From positions 291,201 to 355,200 of the forward strand of contig NIVC01001119.1 of NCBI GenBank assembly GCA_002269645.1: a stretch of 64,000 nucleotides of DNA, given 5' to 3'. Each line of letters begins with the position of its first letter. The stretch's first letter is position 1. The notes under the pieces were generated by a model that did not search any database, was not told the origin of the DNA, and saw only the letters and a list, made by a program, of their open reading frames with translations. A program made the translations under genes and the position numbers. The DNA comes from Macrostomum lignano. Its lineage: Eukaryota. Of this stretch, positions 36,001 through 49,109 are shown piece after piece.

Positions 36001-38813
36001 AGATTCCAATTTAGCCCCAAAAGAGGATGTAAACTTAAAGCTCTAGAATGAAGCCTGAAGCATTGGGTCCCGATTTCTTTAAGCCAATCCCTTCATTTGG
36101 AGCTTCAAATGCTTGAATAAGGAGATGATCGTGATAAACTCTTTATATGTTTTTATAAAGAATAGGAGCGATTAATTTTGTGTTATCTTCTGCATCACAG
36201 ATACTGAGCGACTTGAACGATCACGGCATTCGGGTGTGCCAGTTTCCAACCGATGAAGAGGAGGTTAGCGAAGTCAACGCCAAGCTCAACGTGAGAATTT
36301 CGATTCTGTTTTGTGTCAATTTTTAAATGGCAATTAAAATACCATTGAATTGGGAATCCAAATCCCTAAGCAAATCCCAAAATTCCGTCACAGGCCCTAA
36401 TCCCATTCGCTGTAGTAGGCGGTGACGAGCCGTTGTACTCCCTTGGCGCCAAGGGAGGCGGCGGCGCCCGCACCGCGCGCGGTCGCCAATACCCCTGGGG
36501 CGCCGTCTGCGTCGACGACGAGACTCATTGCGACACGGCGCCGCTGAGAGCGGCCCTGCTGCTGCACAACACCGAACACCTGCGCCAGGTCACGCGGGAA
36601 TTGCACTACGAAAATTACCGCAGACGCCGACTATTAGAGCTGGGATTCAGCGAAGAGGACGGCCTCAGCCTGGGCGAGTTGCACGAGCGACAGCGCGAAT
36701 CGCTGGCAGCCGCAATGCGCAGCGCTAAAGATGCCCAGCACCAGCTGACCCTTCAGCGGGCTGGCGAGATCGACGCCAAAGTTGAACGGGACATTGCGGC
36801 GCTGGTTGCTAGGAAGTGAGTGACATTGCATCGATTGTCATGAGGGGATGATTGGAATTGGGAATCCACTTCGTCTTTGATCGAGGGAATCCCATCGATG
36901 ATTATTTCTTTGGGGGAATCCCATCGATTTTTTTGGGGAATCCCATCCTTGATTATTTTCTAAGAATCCCTCAATGATTATTATTTGGGGAAGTCCATCA
37001 ATGATTTTTTGCGGGAATCCCATCAATGATGATTTTTTCAGGGGAACCCCCCTCGATGATTATTTCTTTGGGGGAATCCCATCGATTTTTTTGGGGAATC
37101 CCATCCTTGATTATTTTCTAAGAATCCCACAATGATTATTATTTGGGGAAGTCCATCAATGATGATTTTTTCAGGGGACCCCCCCCGATGATTATTTCTT
37201 TGGGGGAATCCCATCGATTTTTTTGGGGAATCCCATCCTTGATTATTTTCTAAGAATCTCTCTTGATTATTATTTCTTTGGGGGAATCCCATCGATGATT
37301 ATTTTCTAAGAATCCCCCAATGATTATTATTTGGGGAAGTCCATCAATGATTTTTTGCGGGAATCCCATCAATTATGATTTTTTCAGGGGAACCCCCCCG
37401 ATGATTATTTCTTTGGGGGAATCCCATCGATTTTTTTGGGGAATCCCATCCTTGATTATTTTCTAAGAATCCCACAATGATTATTATTTGGGGAAGTCCA
37501 TCAATGATTTTTTGCGGGAATCCCATCAATGATGATTTCTTCAGGGGAACCCCCCCAATGATTATTTCTTTGGGGGAATCCCATCGATTTTTTTGGGGAA
37601 TCCCATCCTTGATTATTTTCTAAGAATCCCACAATGATTATTATTTGGGGAAGTCCATCAATGATTTTTTGCGGGAATCCCATCAATGATGATTTTTTCA
37701 GGGGACCCCCCCCCCGATGATTATTTCTTTGGGGGAATCCCATCGATTTTTTTGGGGAATCCCATCCTTGATTATTTTCTAAGAATCCCACAATGATTAT
37801 TATTTGGGGAAGTCCATCAATGATTTTTTGCGGGAATCCCATCAATGATGATTTTTTCAGGGGACCCCCCCCCCCGATGATTATTTCTTTGGGGGAATCC
37901 CATCGATTTTTTTGGGGAATCCCATCCTTGATTATTTTCTAAGAATCCCACAATGATTATTATTTGGGAAGTCCATCAATGGTTTTTTGCGGGAATCCCA
38001 TCTATTTTTGGGAAATACCATCAAAAATGATTTTTTAGGGGAATCCCCTCGATGATTCTTCTTTTAGGAGAAATCCTAATAATGATTTTTTGGGGGAATC
38101 CCATCCATGATTATTCTTTTAGGAGAAATCCTATCGATGATTTTTTGGGGGAATCCCATCCATGATTATTCTTTGGGGAAGCCCATCACAGATTATTTTT
38201 GGCGAATCCCATCAATGATGATTTTTTTAGGGAATCCCATTCGTAATTATTTCGTTCGGAGAATTTCTTCGATGATTATTCTTTTTTGGGAATTCCATCA
38301 ATAATTATTCTTTGGGGAATCATATCCATGGTTGTTTAAAGAATCTCATCATTGATGGTTTTTGGTAGAACCCCTTCCATGATTATTTTGGGGAATCCCA
38401 TCGGGGATTATTTGTTTTGGGGAGTTTTTTCGATGATTATTCTTTCTTGTGAATCCCATAAATGCGCATTCTTTTTGGGTAATCCCATCAACAATTATTC
38501 GTTGGGGAATCCCATCCATGACTATCTTTTTAGGGAATCCAATTAGTGACGAATTTTACTTGAATACTTTCACCGAGAATCATAATTGTGATTTTAAATT
38601 TTTTTTGTTTTTCTCCCCCTCATCCCCAGAAACGCCCAGGAGAAGCGGGACGCCGAACGAGCTGCCCGTTTAAGCGCCGCTAGTCGAGCTTTAGACGAAG
38701 AAATCGCCGAGTTTAAGCGCCGACAAAAGCAGCAGCAGCAAAAGCCGCCTGTTTCGCGGTCGCAGCGCGGCGGCGGCAGTAGCAGCGGCGGCCTGTTTAG
38801 CTCTCTGAAGTAG
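33036..38813 (+). CDS. Septin, SEPT6/Sep2 group, divergent (429 aa if ATG 33036 is the start)
   Basis: join(33036..33288,34844..35066,35304..35421,36201..36290,36394..36815,38630..38813) = 1290 nt, phases consistent. [27 protein letters not shown] (P-loop), [50 protein letters not shown] (G4), [14 protein letters not shown] (septin unique element), C-terminal coiled coil. The true start could lie in an upstream exon. Confidence 0.9.
33298..34780. repeat. (CAGT)n/(CAGC) microsatellite filling septin intron 1
   Basis: About 1.5 kb; recurring CACTCACCCAAG interruptions; spurious SQSV ORFs. Confidence 0.98.
36870..38550. repeat. GGGAATCCCATCGATGATT-based satellite with about 157-bp higher-order unit (septin intron 5)
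   Basis: About 20-bp subunits organised into about 157-bp blocks (repeated [14 protein letters not shown] starts), degenerating toward 38550. Confidence 0.92.
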
Positions 38814-38980
38814 ATTTTTTAAATTTATTTCGATACATATCGGCATCATCGGGTGCAGAATAGTTTTGCAAAAACTTATGAATTTATATTCGTTTTGACG
38901 AGTTCCAAAATCAATTCATTTATTTCAAAACATATCGGGTATGTTTTCAATTTGGAAAAAAAACCATATTAACAGAGTTT

Positions 38981-39040
38981 CGGAGCTCGAACCCCCGTCC
39001 TGCAGATTGGAAAGCAGGCGCAACAACCACTCGTCCACGA
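38981..39040 (-). other. tRNA-like fragment (Gly-like anticodon loop), probable SINE head or pseudo-tRNA
   Basis: Minus strand TGGACGAGTGG (A box) ... CTTTCCAA loop ... GGTTCGAGCTCC (B box); the acceptor stem is not complete. Confidence 0.45.
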
Positions 39041-40072
39041 TCATAGGGAAGTATTGCTACTGTTAGTAGTGTGCTAAAATAAATTAAACGGCAGTTTCTT
39101 AGCATGTCTATTACATTTATTTCGATACATATCGGACCCTTTTTTGTTAAAGTAGGCAAATTTAGCGTTTCAGTTACAATTATTTATAGTTTATTACTGA
39201 ATAGTAGCTTTTGTGCAATGAAAATTTTACCTTCCTAGCAGTCAAAATTAACTGCTGTTTGCTACTGCTTCTGTCAGTGCCATCCATTTACGATGTTTGC
39301 CAACCCATTCCGTCACAATCAATTCTCTTTTGTCTCCCATTTTTCTAGGAATCTCTCATATTTAGCCATGTTTATGCGCTGCGCGCTACTTACTAACTCT
39401 AAGTAGGATATTTCGATTTTTGTAGCATTTTTGCTGCGAGTATATTAGATTTGTTTCTTAGAACACATTCCGAAAATTCTGGCTTCCGAACGCGATCAAT
39501 GCCGATCATTATTTTTCAGGTAAAATTTTACTCAGAGTAGTATTCTGAACGTATTAATCATTTTTACCATTTTTCTTCTTTAAAAATCAATCATTCGTTT
39601 CTAATCTTGCCTTAATTAGGCAGGAAACTTTTATGCCTGCAATTTTTTTTAAACAGCTGTTCAGTGCTTTAGTGCTTTAATTGGTTAGGTTACATTTGAC
39701 CTTTCAAACTGAAAATATCGCTCTTTCTCAATTGTCCATCTTCCTGTTGTTTAGGTTTTTACTAATTAACTTTATTTTATTTAAAACACAAATTTACCTA
39801 CTAAAATCCCCTTTTGATTAAAACTGTTAAAAAAGTATTTTAAAAACTCTTGGAGACTTGTTGCTCAAATTTTTACAAATTATTGCACTTTCTTTTCATT
39901 GATTTTTTATTTGTTATGGCACTTTCTTGATTGTCAACTCAGTAACAGTTATAACCAAATTTCATCTGGATCAAAACGCTTAGGATAAAATATTACTTAT
40001 TTTGATTTTTTCCTATGTTTGCTGTTTTCTGACAGTCTTTTAACTATTGCAGTAAAACAAATACACACAGTA

Positions 40073-41432
40073 AATCCCCTCTAGAATCTCCCCACTGCGA
40101 CACATCTCCTCTAGAATCTCCCCACTGAGACACATCCCCTCTAGAATCTCCCCAATGAGACACATCCCCTCTAGAATATTCCCACTGCGACACATCCCCT
40201 CTAGAATCTCCCCACTGAGACACATCCCCTCTAGAATCTTCCCACTGAGACACATCCCCTCTAGAGTCTCCCCAATGAGACACATCCCCTCTAGAATCTT
40301 CCCACTGCGACACATCCCCTCTAGAATCTCCCCACTGAGACACATCCCCTCTAGAATCTCCCCACTGCGACACATCCCCTCTAGAATCTCCCCAATTAGA
40401 CACATCCTCTCTAGAATCTTCCCACTGCGACACATCCCCTCTAGAATCTCCCCACTGCGACACATCCCCTCTAGAATCTCCCCACTGCGACACATCCCCT
40501 CTAGAATCTTCCCACTGAGACACATCCCCTCTAGAGTCTCCCCAATGAGACACATCCCCTCTAGAATCTCCCCACTGCGACACATTCCCTCTAGAATCTT
40601 CCCACTGCGACACATCCCCTCTAGAATCTCCCCACTGAGACACATCCCCTCTAGAATCTCCCCACTGAGACACATCCCCTCTAGAATCTCCCCAATTAGA
40701 CACATCCTCTCTAGAATCTTCCCACCGAGACATCCCCTCTAGAATCTTCCCACTGCGACACATCCCCTCTAGAATCTTCCCACTTTGACACATCCCCTCT
40801 AGAATCTCCCCAATTAGACACATCCCCTCTAGAATCTTCCCACTGCGACACATCCCCTCTAGAATCTCCCCAATTAGACACATCCCCTCTAGAATCTCCC
40901 CAATTAGACACATCCCCTCTAGAATCTCCCCACTGCGACACATCCCCTCTAGAATCCCAATTAGACACATCCCCTCTAGAATCTCCCCAATTAGACACAT
41001 CCTCTCTAGAATCTCCCCAATTAGACACATCCCCTCTAGAATCTCCCCACTGAGACACATCCCCTCTAGAATCTCCCCAATGAGACACATCCCCTCTAGA
41101 ATCTCCCCAATGAGACACATCCCCTCTAGAATCTTCCCACTGAGACACATCCCCTCTAGAATCTCCCCAATTAGACACATCCCCTCTAGAATCTCCCCAA
41201 TTAGACACATCCCCTCTAGAATCTCCCCACTGCGACACATCTCCTCTAGAATCTCCCCACTGCGACACATCCCCTCTAGAATCTTCCCACTGAGACACAT
41301 CCCCTCTAGAGTCTCCCCACTGAGACGCATCCCCTCTAGAATCTCCCCACTGAGACACATCCCCTCTAGAATCTCCTCACTGAGACACATCCCCTCTAGA
41401 ATCTTCCCACTTTGACACATCCCCTCTAGAAT
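40073..41432. repeat. 30-bp minisatellite ATCCCCTCTAGAATCTCCCCACTGAGACAC upstream of the CNOT9 ATG
   Basis: About 45 copies, each with TCTAGA; lies in the predicted 5' UTR intron. Confidence 0.98.
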
Positions 41433-41524
41433 ATCCCCAAATCAGTATAGTTTTAGTTAATTGGCTTCCGTGCTGATGATGCGCCTGTTTCAGCTGTGAA
41501 ATATCCGATATCACAATCAACAAG

Positions 41525-44500
41525 ATGAATCACCTGCACCAGCTTCATCAGCATCAGCATCACGGTATAATAAGCTCTTCATCATTAACTTCAGTTACCA
41601 ACGCTAATCTGTCGTCAATGTCAATCGCCTCATCTATGGTGCCGCACGCTGGCAGTCCTCAGCATCATCAGCTGCATCAGCAGTTGCAAATTCTGCAACA
41701 ACAGCAGCAGCAGCAAGAAAAAGAGGTGATCTATAAGTGGATTCAAGAGTTAAATAATTCTTCTACAAGAGAGTCGGCTCTGCTGGAATTGTCTAGAAAG
41801 CGCGACTCGATCCCGGATCTGGCGCCTCTGCTGTGGAATTCCTTCGGCACCGTGGCCGCCTTGTTGCAGGAGATTGTGCAGATCTATCCATGCATTCACC
41901 CGCCCGTGCTGTCGGTGAGCCAGTCTGCAATGAGGGACTGTTTATGAGATCTAGGAGTGAGAGAAGGATGTGAAATCTGTGAATGTGAGAATGTTGAGAT
42001 CTGTTTTGAGAATGTTATGAAATCTAGGGGTAAAAAAGTTGTGAGATCTGGGGTGAGAAGGTTACGAGATCTGGTGTCAGAAAGTTATGAGATCTACTCG
42101 TAGGGTGAGACGGTTCTGTGATCTGGTGTGACAAGGTCATGAGATCTAGGGTGGGAAGGTTATGAGATCTATGGTGAGAAGGTTATGAGATCTAGGGGTG
42201 AGAAGGTTATGAGATCTAGGGGTGAGAAGGTTATGAGATCTAGGGGTGAGAATGTTATGAGATCTGGTGTGAGAAGGTTATGAGATCTAGAGGTGAAAAG
42301 GTTGTGAGATCGGGTGAGACGGTTATGCGATCTATGGTGATAAGGTTATGAGATCTATGGTTAGAAGATAATGAGATCTAGGGGTGAGAAGGTTATGAGA
42401 TCTAGGGGTGAGAATGTTATGAGATCTAGGGGTGAGAAGGTTATGAGATCTAGGGGTGAGAAGGTTATGAGATCTAGGGGTGAGAAGGTTATGAGATCTA
42501 GGGGTGAGAAGGTTATGAGATCTAGGGGTGAGAAGGTTATGAGATCTAGGGGTGAGAATGTTGAGATCTGGTGTGAGAATGTTTTAAGATCTAGAGGTGA
42601 AAAGGTTGTGAGATCGGGTGTGACGGTTATGCGATCTATGGTGATAAGGTTATGAGATCTATGGTTAGAAGATAATGAGATCTAGGGGTGAGAAGGTTAT
42701 GAGATCTAGGGTTGAGAAGGTTATGAGATCTAGGGGTGAGAAGGTTATGAGATCTAGGGTGAAAAAGTTATGAGATCTATGGTTAGAAGGGGTGAGAAGG
42801 TTATGAGATCTAAGGTGAGAAGGTTATGAGATCTAGGGGTGAGAATGTTATGAGATCTAGGGGTGAAAAGGTTATGAGATCTAGGGGTGAGAAGGTTATG
42901 AGATCTAGGGGTGAGAAGGTTATGAGATCTAGGGGTGAGAAGGTTATGAGATCTAGGGGTGAAAAGGTTATGAGATCTAGGGGTGAGAAGGTTATGAGAT
43001 CTAGGGGTGAAAAGGTTATGAGATCTAGGGGTGAGAAGGTTATGAGATCTAGGGGTGAGAAGGTTATGAGATCTAGGGGTGAGAAGGTTATGAGATCTAA
43101 GGTGAGAAGGGTATGAGATCTATATTGAAGATTAGATCTAGCTCGTATACATATTAGAAATTAAATTAAATATTTTAATAAATAGCATAGTGTGTGAGAG
43201 AAAATGTGCGGAGATATGATAAGGAAGTTTTCAATCGCCGTTTAGGTGTTGCTACTACTACTCGTACTTCTGCTACTACTACTACTAATACTACTACTAC
43301 TAATAATAATAATAATATTAATAATGTTAATGATACTAGCAATAAAAACGCCACACCTCTCAGGCTCATCAGTCCAACCGAGTCTGTCACGCCCTCGCTC
43401 TGCTCCAATGCGTGGCCTCTCATCCGGAGACGCGAGCTCGATTCCTGCAAGCCTCCATACCTCTCTATCTATATCCGTTTTTGCACACATCCAGTCGGAC
43501 TAGGCCGTTCGAATATCTTCGACTGACTTCGCTTGGCGTTATTGGCGCCTTAGTGAAAGCAGACGATCGGGAGGTGATCACCTTCCTATTGCACACCGAG
43601 ATCATACCGTTGTGCTTGAGAATTATGGAAACTGGCTCTGAGCTGAGTAAAACTGTGGCCACTTTTATATTGCAAAAGATTCTGCTTGACGAGACCGGTC
43701 TGGCTTATATCTGTCAGACCTACGAGAGATTCGCTCACGTTGGCGCTATACTCAACAAGATGGTGCAATTCCTGTCTAGGGAGATGAGCGCCAGACTGCT
43801 CAAACCTGTGGTCCGCTGCTACACCCGATTGGCTGACAATCCTAGGGCTAGACAAGCCTTGGTTACCACCCTGCCCGAGGCGCTTAGAGACGATACCTTT
43901 CAGGTGAGGCTCCTGTCTGTGCTGCCTCTCCCCTTCATCCAGTCTCCCTGCTTCATCCAGTCTCCCTGCTTCATCCAGTCTCCCTGCTTCATCCAGTCTT
44001 CCTGCTTCATCCAGTCTCCCTGCTTCATCCAGTCTCCCCTCCTTCATCCAGTCTCCCTGCATCATCCAGTCTCCCTCCCTTCATGCAGTCTCCCTCCCTT
44101 CATCCAGTGTCTCCTTCATCAAGTGTCTCTCCTTCATCCAGTCTCCCTCCCTTCATCCAGTGTCTCTCCTTTATCAAGTGTCTCTCCTTCATCCAGTCTC
44201 CCTCCCTTCATCCAGTGTCTCTCCTTCATCAGGTGTCTCCCTCCCTTCATCCAGTCTCCCTCCCTTCATCCAGTCTCCCTCCCTTCATCCCGTCTCTCCC
44301 TTTACTCCTCCCTTCCCTTCTCCCTACATCCGATCTTTCTTTTTTCTCTCCCTTCAACTATACCTTTGTCCATCATCCAAACCATTTTCCTCTCTGGACA
44401 AACTTGCACACAATATATTCAAATGCCAACATTCCGTCTTACCTGATGCAGGAGGTGATGCAGCAGGATTCCAGCATCCGCGCTTGGCTGCAGCAGTTGC

Positions 44501-44631
44501 GCAACACCCTGGATCCGGCTGGGTCTCAGCTTCAACAGCAGCAGCAGCCAAACGCCTCTGCAGCCGCCGCTGTTGCCGCCGCTGTCAACAATGCGCTGCC
44601 TGGAAGCGGCCTGTATTCGGCATCCAGCTAA
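41525..44631 (+). CDS. CNOT9: CCR4-NOT subunit 9 (CNOT9/RQCD1/Caf40), 369 aa
   Basis: join(41525..41914,43364..43903,44452..44631) = 1110 nt, all phase 0. [12 protein letters not shown]...[71 protein letters not shown]. Probable 5' UTR intron from donor 39520 to acceptor 41493. Confidence 0.96.
41945..43135. repeat. 24-bp minisatellite ATGAGATCTAGGGGTGAGAAGGTT (CNOT9 coding intron 1)
   Basis: About 45 copies; spurious MRSRGEKV ORFs; followed by (ACT)n/(AAT)n at about 43250-43325. Confidence 0.97.
43928..44292. repeat. 18-22-bp pyrimidine repeat TCTCCCTGCTTCATCCAG (CNOT9 coding intron 2)
   Basis: About 17 copies. Confidence 0.93.
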
Positions 44632-45764
44632 AAATAGCAAAAAAGGCGGAAATCATTGAAATATTCACTAAACCAGTTAATAATTATAATTGCTGGGTTT
44701 CAGTAATAACATCGTAGTTATAATAATAGTGAATCTAACTAACGATTATAATTACAAGTTCTATTAATTTTAAGTTTATTGTGTTACAACTAAACAAGTT
44801 TAACAACTATTATCAATTGAAAATGTAAACTTTTTTCCAAGAAACTGATAAGCTGTTTAACATCCTGTACTCGTCGGAAATTATGATATTATAAGAATTG
44901 CCATTCTGTCTTTCGGTCAGTCGAAGTAGAATGCAAATATGCCTCTATATACATGGTGTTTATAATATTTATGTAATTTAACAGTTATGACGACTTTTAA
45001 TCAGATCACATTTGTCTGTTTCTTTCATTTTCGGTTATTATATTCTTTATTTTTAAATAAATATATATAAGGCGCACTTCTCACGCTTTCTCTTGTTAAA
45101 ACAGTTCTTTCTGTCTAGTTTGGTGGCTTGTATTTTTGTTTTATCTTTCCTCGTTTGCTTTGCAGAGCTGCGGTTTATTGTAGCTTAAAATGTGCAATGA
45201 CAAAACTGCCATTAAAAATAGTCCTGTTAGTTTGGTTTGTTTATTTTTTGGTTAGCTTTAATTTGCCTACTTATACTAACTCGGCTACTGATGTACATTA
45301 GTAGACAGTTAAGCGCTTCTGTGCTAAAATTTGTTCGTTCGGTCGATAAATTTGTGCTTTCTTTAATTATTATTTAAATTATCTCTCGCCTATTCAAACT
45401 CGACGATATTTTCGCATTGTTGTACTGTTAGTAGCAAGTTTGCTCAGGCAGCAAATTCTGCTGTTTTTTTAATTAATTGAATTGTCGCGTTTATATAGCT
45501 TTGAAAGTGCGCTAACTCTCAGATTAATTCATATGCGCGTATTGGTATATTGCTCTTCTTTCACTGCGTCGATAGGATATTTTATTTATTTTATTTGTTT
45601 GTGCATTGTGTTCCTTCCTCAAGTTTGCTTTCGTCAATTCACTTTCCATTGTTCAACGGTATAATCTGCTACAATTGAGTTACTCTGTTCTTTCAGAAAT
45701 CATCTATTCAGATCGGTTGAGCAGACTTACTTTTATGTCAAAATATTACTGTTGCTTTGCTGAC

Positions 45765-46200
<436 letters not shown>

Positions 46201-46210
46201 ATATATATAC

Positions 46211-46997
46211 ATATAGTTTATTACAGTTTAATTGGTGTGCAGTTCCGGTTATTTCCTTTCTCCTATCTATTTGTGTGCGCGTCTATTTTGTTTTACTGTT
46301 AGCATCACAGATACTAGAATAACTAGATGTGTCTCCCGCAATTAAATGTCTGTCTGTCTGTCCGTCTGTCTGTCTGTCTGTCCGTCTGTCTTTCTATCTA
46401 CCTGTCTATTTAACTGCATGCCCCAAATATTATATTTTTACTGTTTTAGTTTATTAATAAAAAGACCTTTTCGTCTTTCTATTTATTCCCCCCGTCACTA
46501 TGTTGCCTGTTCAGCTCCTATTGTCACATTTTTTAGAAGACAAGTTTATCAAAGAGTGTTTTAAACTAGAAAAGATTCCGTTTTGCAATTGCTGATATAT
46601 AAATAGAAGCTTATATATTATATTTGCATAATTTTAGATTGGGCTTTGTCATTAAATCTGCCTGCATGACTCGTTCTGTGACATCTGTGAAATTTTATTG
46701 TACGAGTATACTGCAATGAGTGCAAATAATAAGAGCTTAGTGCATAGAACATTGTAGTATATTGCTCATCTCCTTTTACAGCAGCCAATTTCTGTTTCAT
46801 TGTTTTCCTTGCCTACCAATTATCAATCAATGTCTAAACTAGTTATTTATACATATATGCATATAGTTTATTACAGTTTAATTGGTGTGCAGTTCCGGTT
46901 ATTTCCTTTCTCCTATCTATTTGTGTGCGCGCCTATTTTGTTTTACTGTTAGCATCACAGATACTAGAATAACTAGTTGTGTCTCTCGCAATTAAAT
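46211..46997. repeat. 137-bp direct repeat pair 650 bp apart
   Basis: 46211-46347 and 46861-46997, about 3 mismatches. Confidence 0.9.
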
Positions 46998-47175
46998 TTG
47001 TGAAAAAAACTAAAGCGTCTACTCTGTTTTCAGTAGTTTGTCTGCGTAGTGCCATTTAAATTTAATGTAGCAGCTTAAAGTTCCATTTCCTTTGTCGGGT
47101 TTGTGGCTTCGGAAGTATACGGGGTTAAAAATGAACAGCAAAGCATTTAACTCGATGTACACAAGTGAACGCAAG

Positions 47176-47475
47176 ACGGACGAAACTCGGCCTTGGGGCA
47201 GGCCCAATCTAGCCCAGCCAATCAGAGAGCAGTAAGGAGAGAAGTCAAAGTCAGACGGACGAAACTCAGCCTAGGGGGTGGGCAGGCTCAATCTAGCCCA
47301 GCCAATGAGAGAGCAGTAAGGAAAGAATTTAAAACCAGACGGACGAAACTCGGCCTCAATCTAGCCCAGCCAATGAGAGAGCAGTAAGGAAAGAATTTAA
47401 AACCAGACGGACGAAACTCGGCCTCAATCTAGCCCAGCCAATGAGAGAGCAGTATGGGAAGAGATCAAAAGTAAG
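47176..47475. repeat. About 65-75-bp x4 repeat GACGGACGAAACTCGGCCT...CAATCTAGCCCAGCCAATGAGAGAGCAGT
   Basis: Four tandem copies, each containing CCAAT. Confidence 0.88.
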
Positions 47476-48566
47476 ACACAAAGACTCCAAGAGTAAACCT
47501 AACCATTTATCACCCATTTATTTACAAATAATTTCAAGTCAGAGACAGTCTGGAGTTGGTAAAACAGGATGAAGATGTTAATTTAATGGGTCTGTTTGAA
47601 TAAAGCCAAAGGCGATTGCTGCTGCTTAAAAAACTGTGAAAAGATCTTTAAATTTTTTATCTTACATTTCCTACTATAAAAGCGAAAACTTCAATTTAGA
47701 AAAATAATAAATGAGCGTATTCTTTACAAATTGCATATCTAGTCTAGTTATTCCAGTATCTGTGGTTAGCACCAATCTAATAGCAGCATTTTGTGTAATT
47801 GTAGTTACTGAACGTCTCTATTGACTGTGCGCAATAAATAATGAATGAATAGATAAATATTCTAATCTAATTAAATTGCGACGTTTGACGTTTTGTTTTT
47901 TTGCGTCACAATTGTGTGAAACTCCGATTTCTAAAATGTAGGTAAACTACATGGAAGATAAAAAATAGTAAATGTTCTTTAGTGTCTACTTATTTACGAG
48001 TAAGTAGGGTAGTCTGAATTTTCCGGAGTTTTTTATTAACAATGTCGAGAAATTTCGTCATGCCGCGCAATCTCACGTGGATCACGTGAGATTTTGTGTC
48101 TCTTTTAGCCCGAAAATCCGGATTAAACCGGTTGATTTCTTATTTCTGCTGCGTTACGGAAATGATGACTGAAGACGGTCTACGTTTGTTCGCAGCATTC
48201 CAGTTTTTGCAATTAAGCAATGAAACATGTCATTTTTAAAAGATGAGCAAGATTAACCGTAGAAATACTTAATCTCAGGAACGAAGCAACGCAGGCACAT
48301 AGGCTATAACTTTTTGTTGCGCACTTTCTTAAACAAGAATCAAGTCGCCAGCCCTCGGGACCGTCGAGATATACAACGATTTTGACAGAAGGTGGGACTT
48401 TCATAATAAAAAGCGCTAGTAGTGCATTCAATACACCCACGTGCGCCAATCAGCACTGCGCCTCAGTGCAGCCTTGCCAAGCTTTTAAATTAAGCGTCGA
48501 TCACACGTGTCTGCATCAGCTCTGACTTCGTTGGTCACTGACCTTTTCCCAGGCGGAGCTTCTGGA

Positions 48567-48812
48567 CCTTCAGCAGGTGACACCATGTGACTATGGACAC
48601 CCTGATGCGAATTTCTCTGGTTTTGCTGATCAAGCCCCGACAATGGGCAAACCGGCAAACCTCAACTGCTGGACATCCTCAGCTAGTCTCTCAAGCATTC
48701 AGTCATCGCAACAGGGTGTCCATAGTCGGTGCCATCTGTTAAAGGGTGCCGACGGCGTCGGGGTGGTGAGGGAACGCTTGAGAGTCTAGCTGAGGATGTC
48801 CAGCAGTTGAGG
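48567..48812. repeat. Two interleaved inverted repeats (A-B-A'-B')
   Basis: A 48567-48610 / A' 48706-48745; B 48660-48696 / B' 48776-48812 (36/37 complementary). Confidence 0.85.
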
Positions 48813-49109
48813 CTTGTACATTTTATTCCCGCCTTGGTAGTTCAACGGGCGACAAAAAGCTTGGTATTCCTACTGTTAAAAGAAAAACTATAGCTTTTCG
48901 TGTACATCAGAAATGATTTGTTTCGATTTCAGTTATGTATTTCATCAAACATAAAACAAGTACCGTTAGTGTTGTACTCTATTCTACCTTGCACCCTGCG
49001 CCCTTGTCAATTTGTAATGTACACCAAACTAATTAATCAGCCCCCCCCCCACCCGAGCCATTTGATGTCAACTGCGAACCTAACACTCTTGCTTCGCGCT
49101 GGGAAGACT

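Noticed and set aside
40040-41420. GEILEGMC / RHIPSRISPL ORFs up to 458 aa
   Set aside because: A 30-bp minisatellite read in several frames on both strands.
48069-48093. Perfect hairpin AATCTCACGTG-GAT-CACGTGAGATT as a Helitron 3' end
   Set aside because: No CTRR terminus downstream; it could be a double E-box, but there is no further support.
48168-48182. AAGACGGTCT resembling a flatworm spliced-leader sequence
   Set aside because: A 10-nt match only; no donor or Sm site context.
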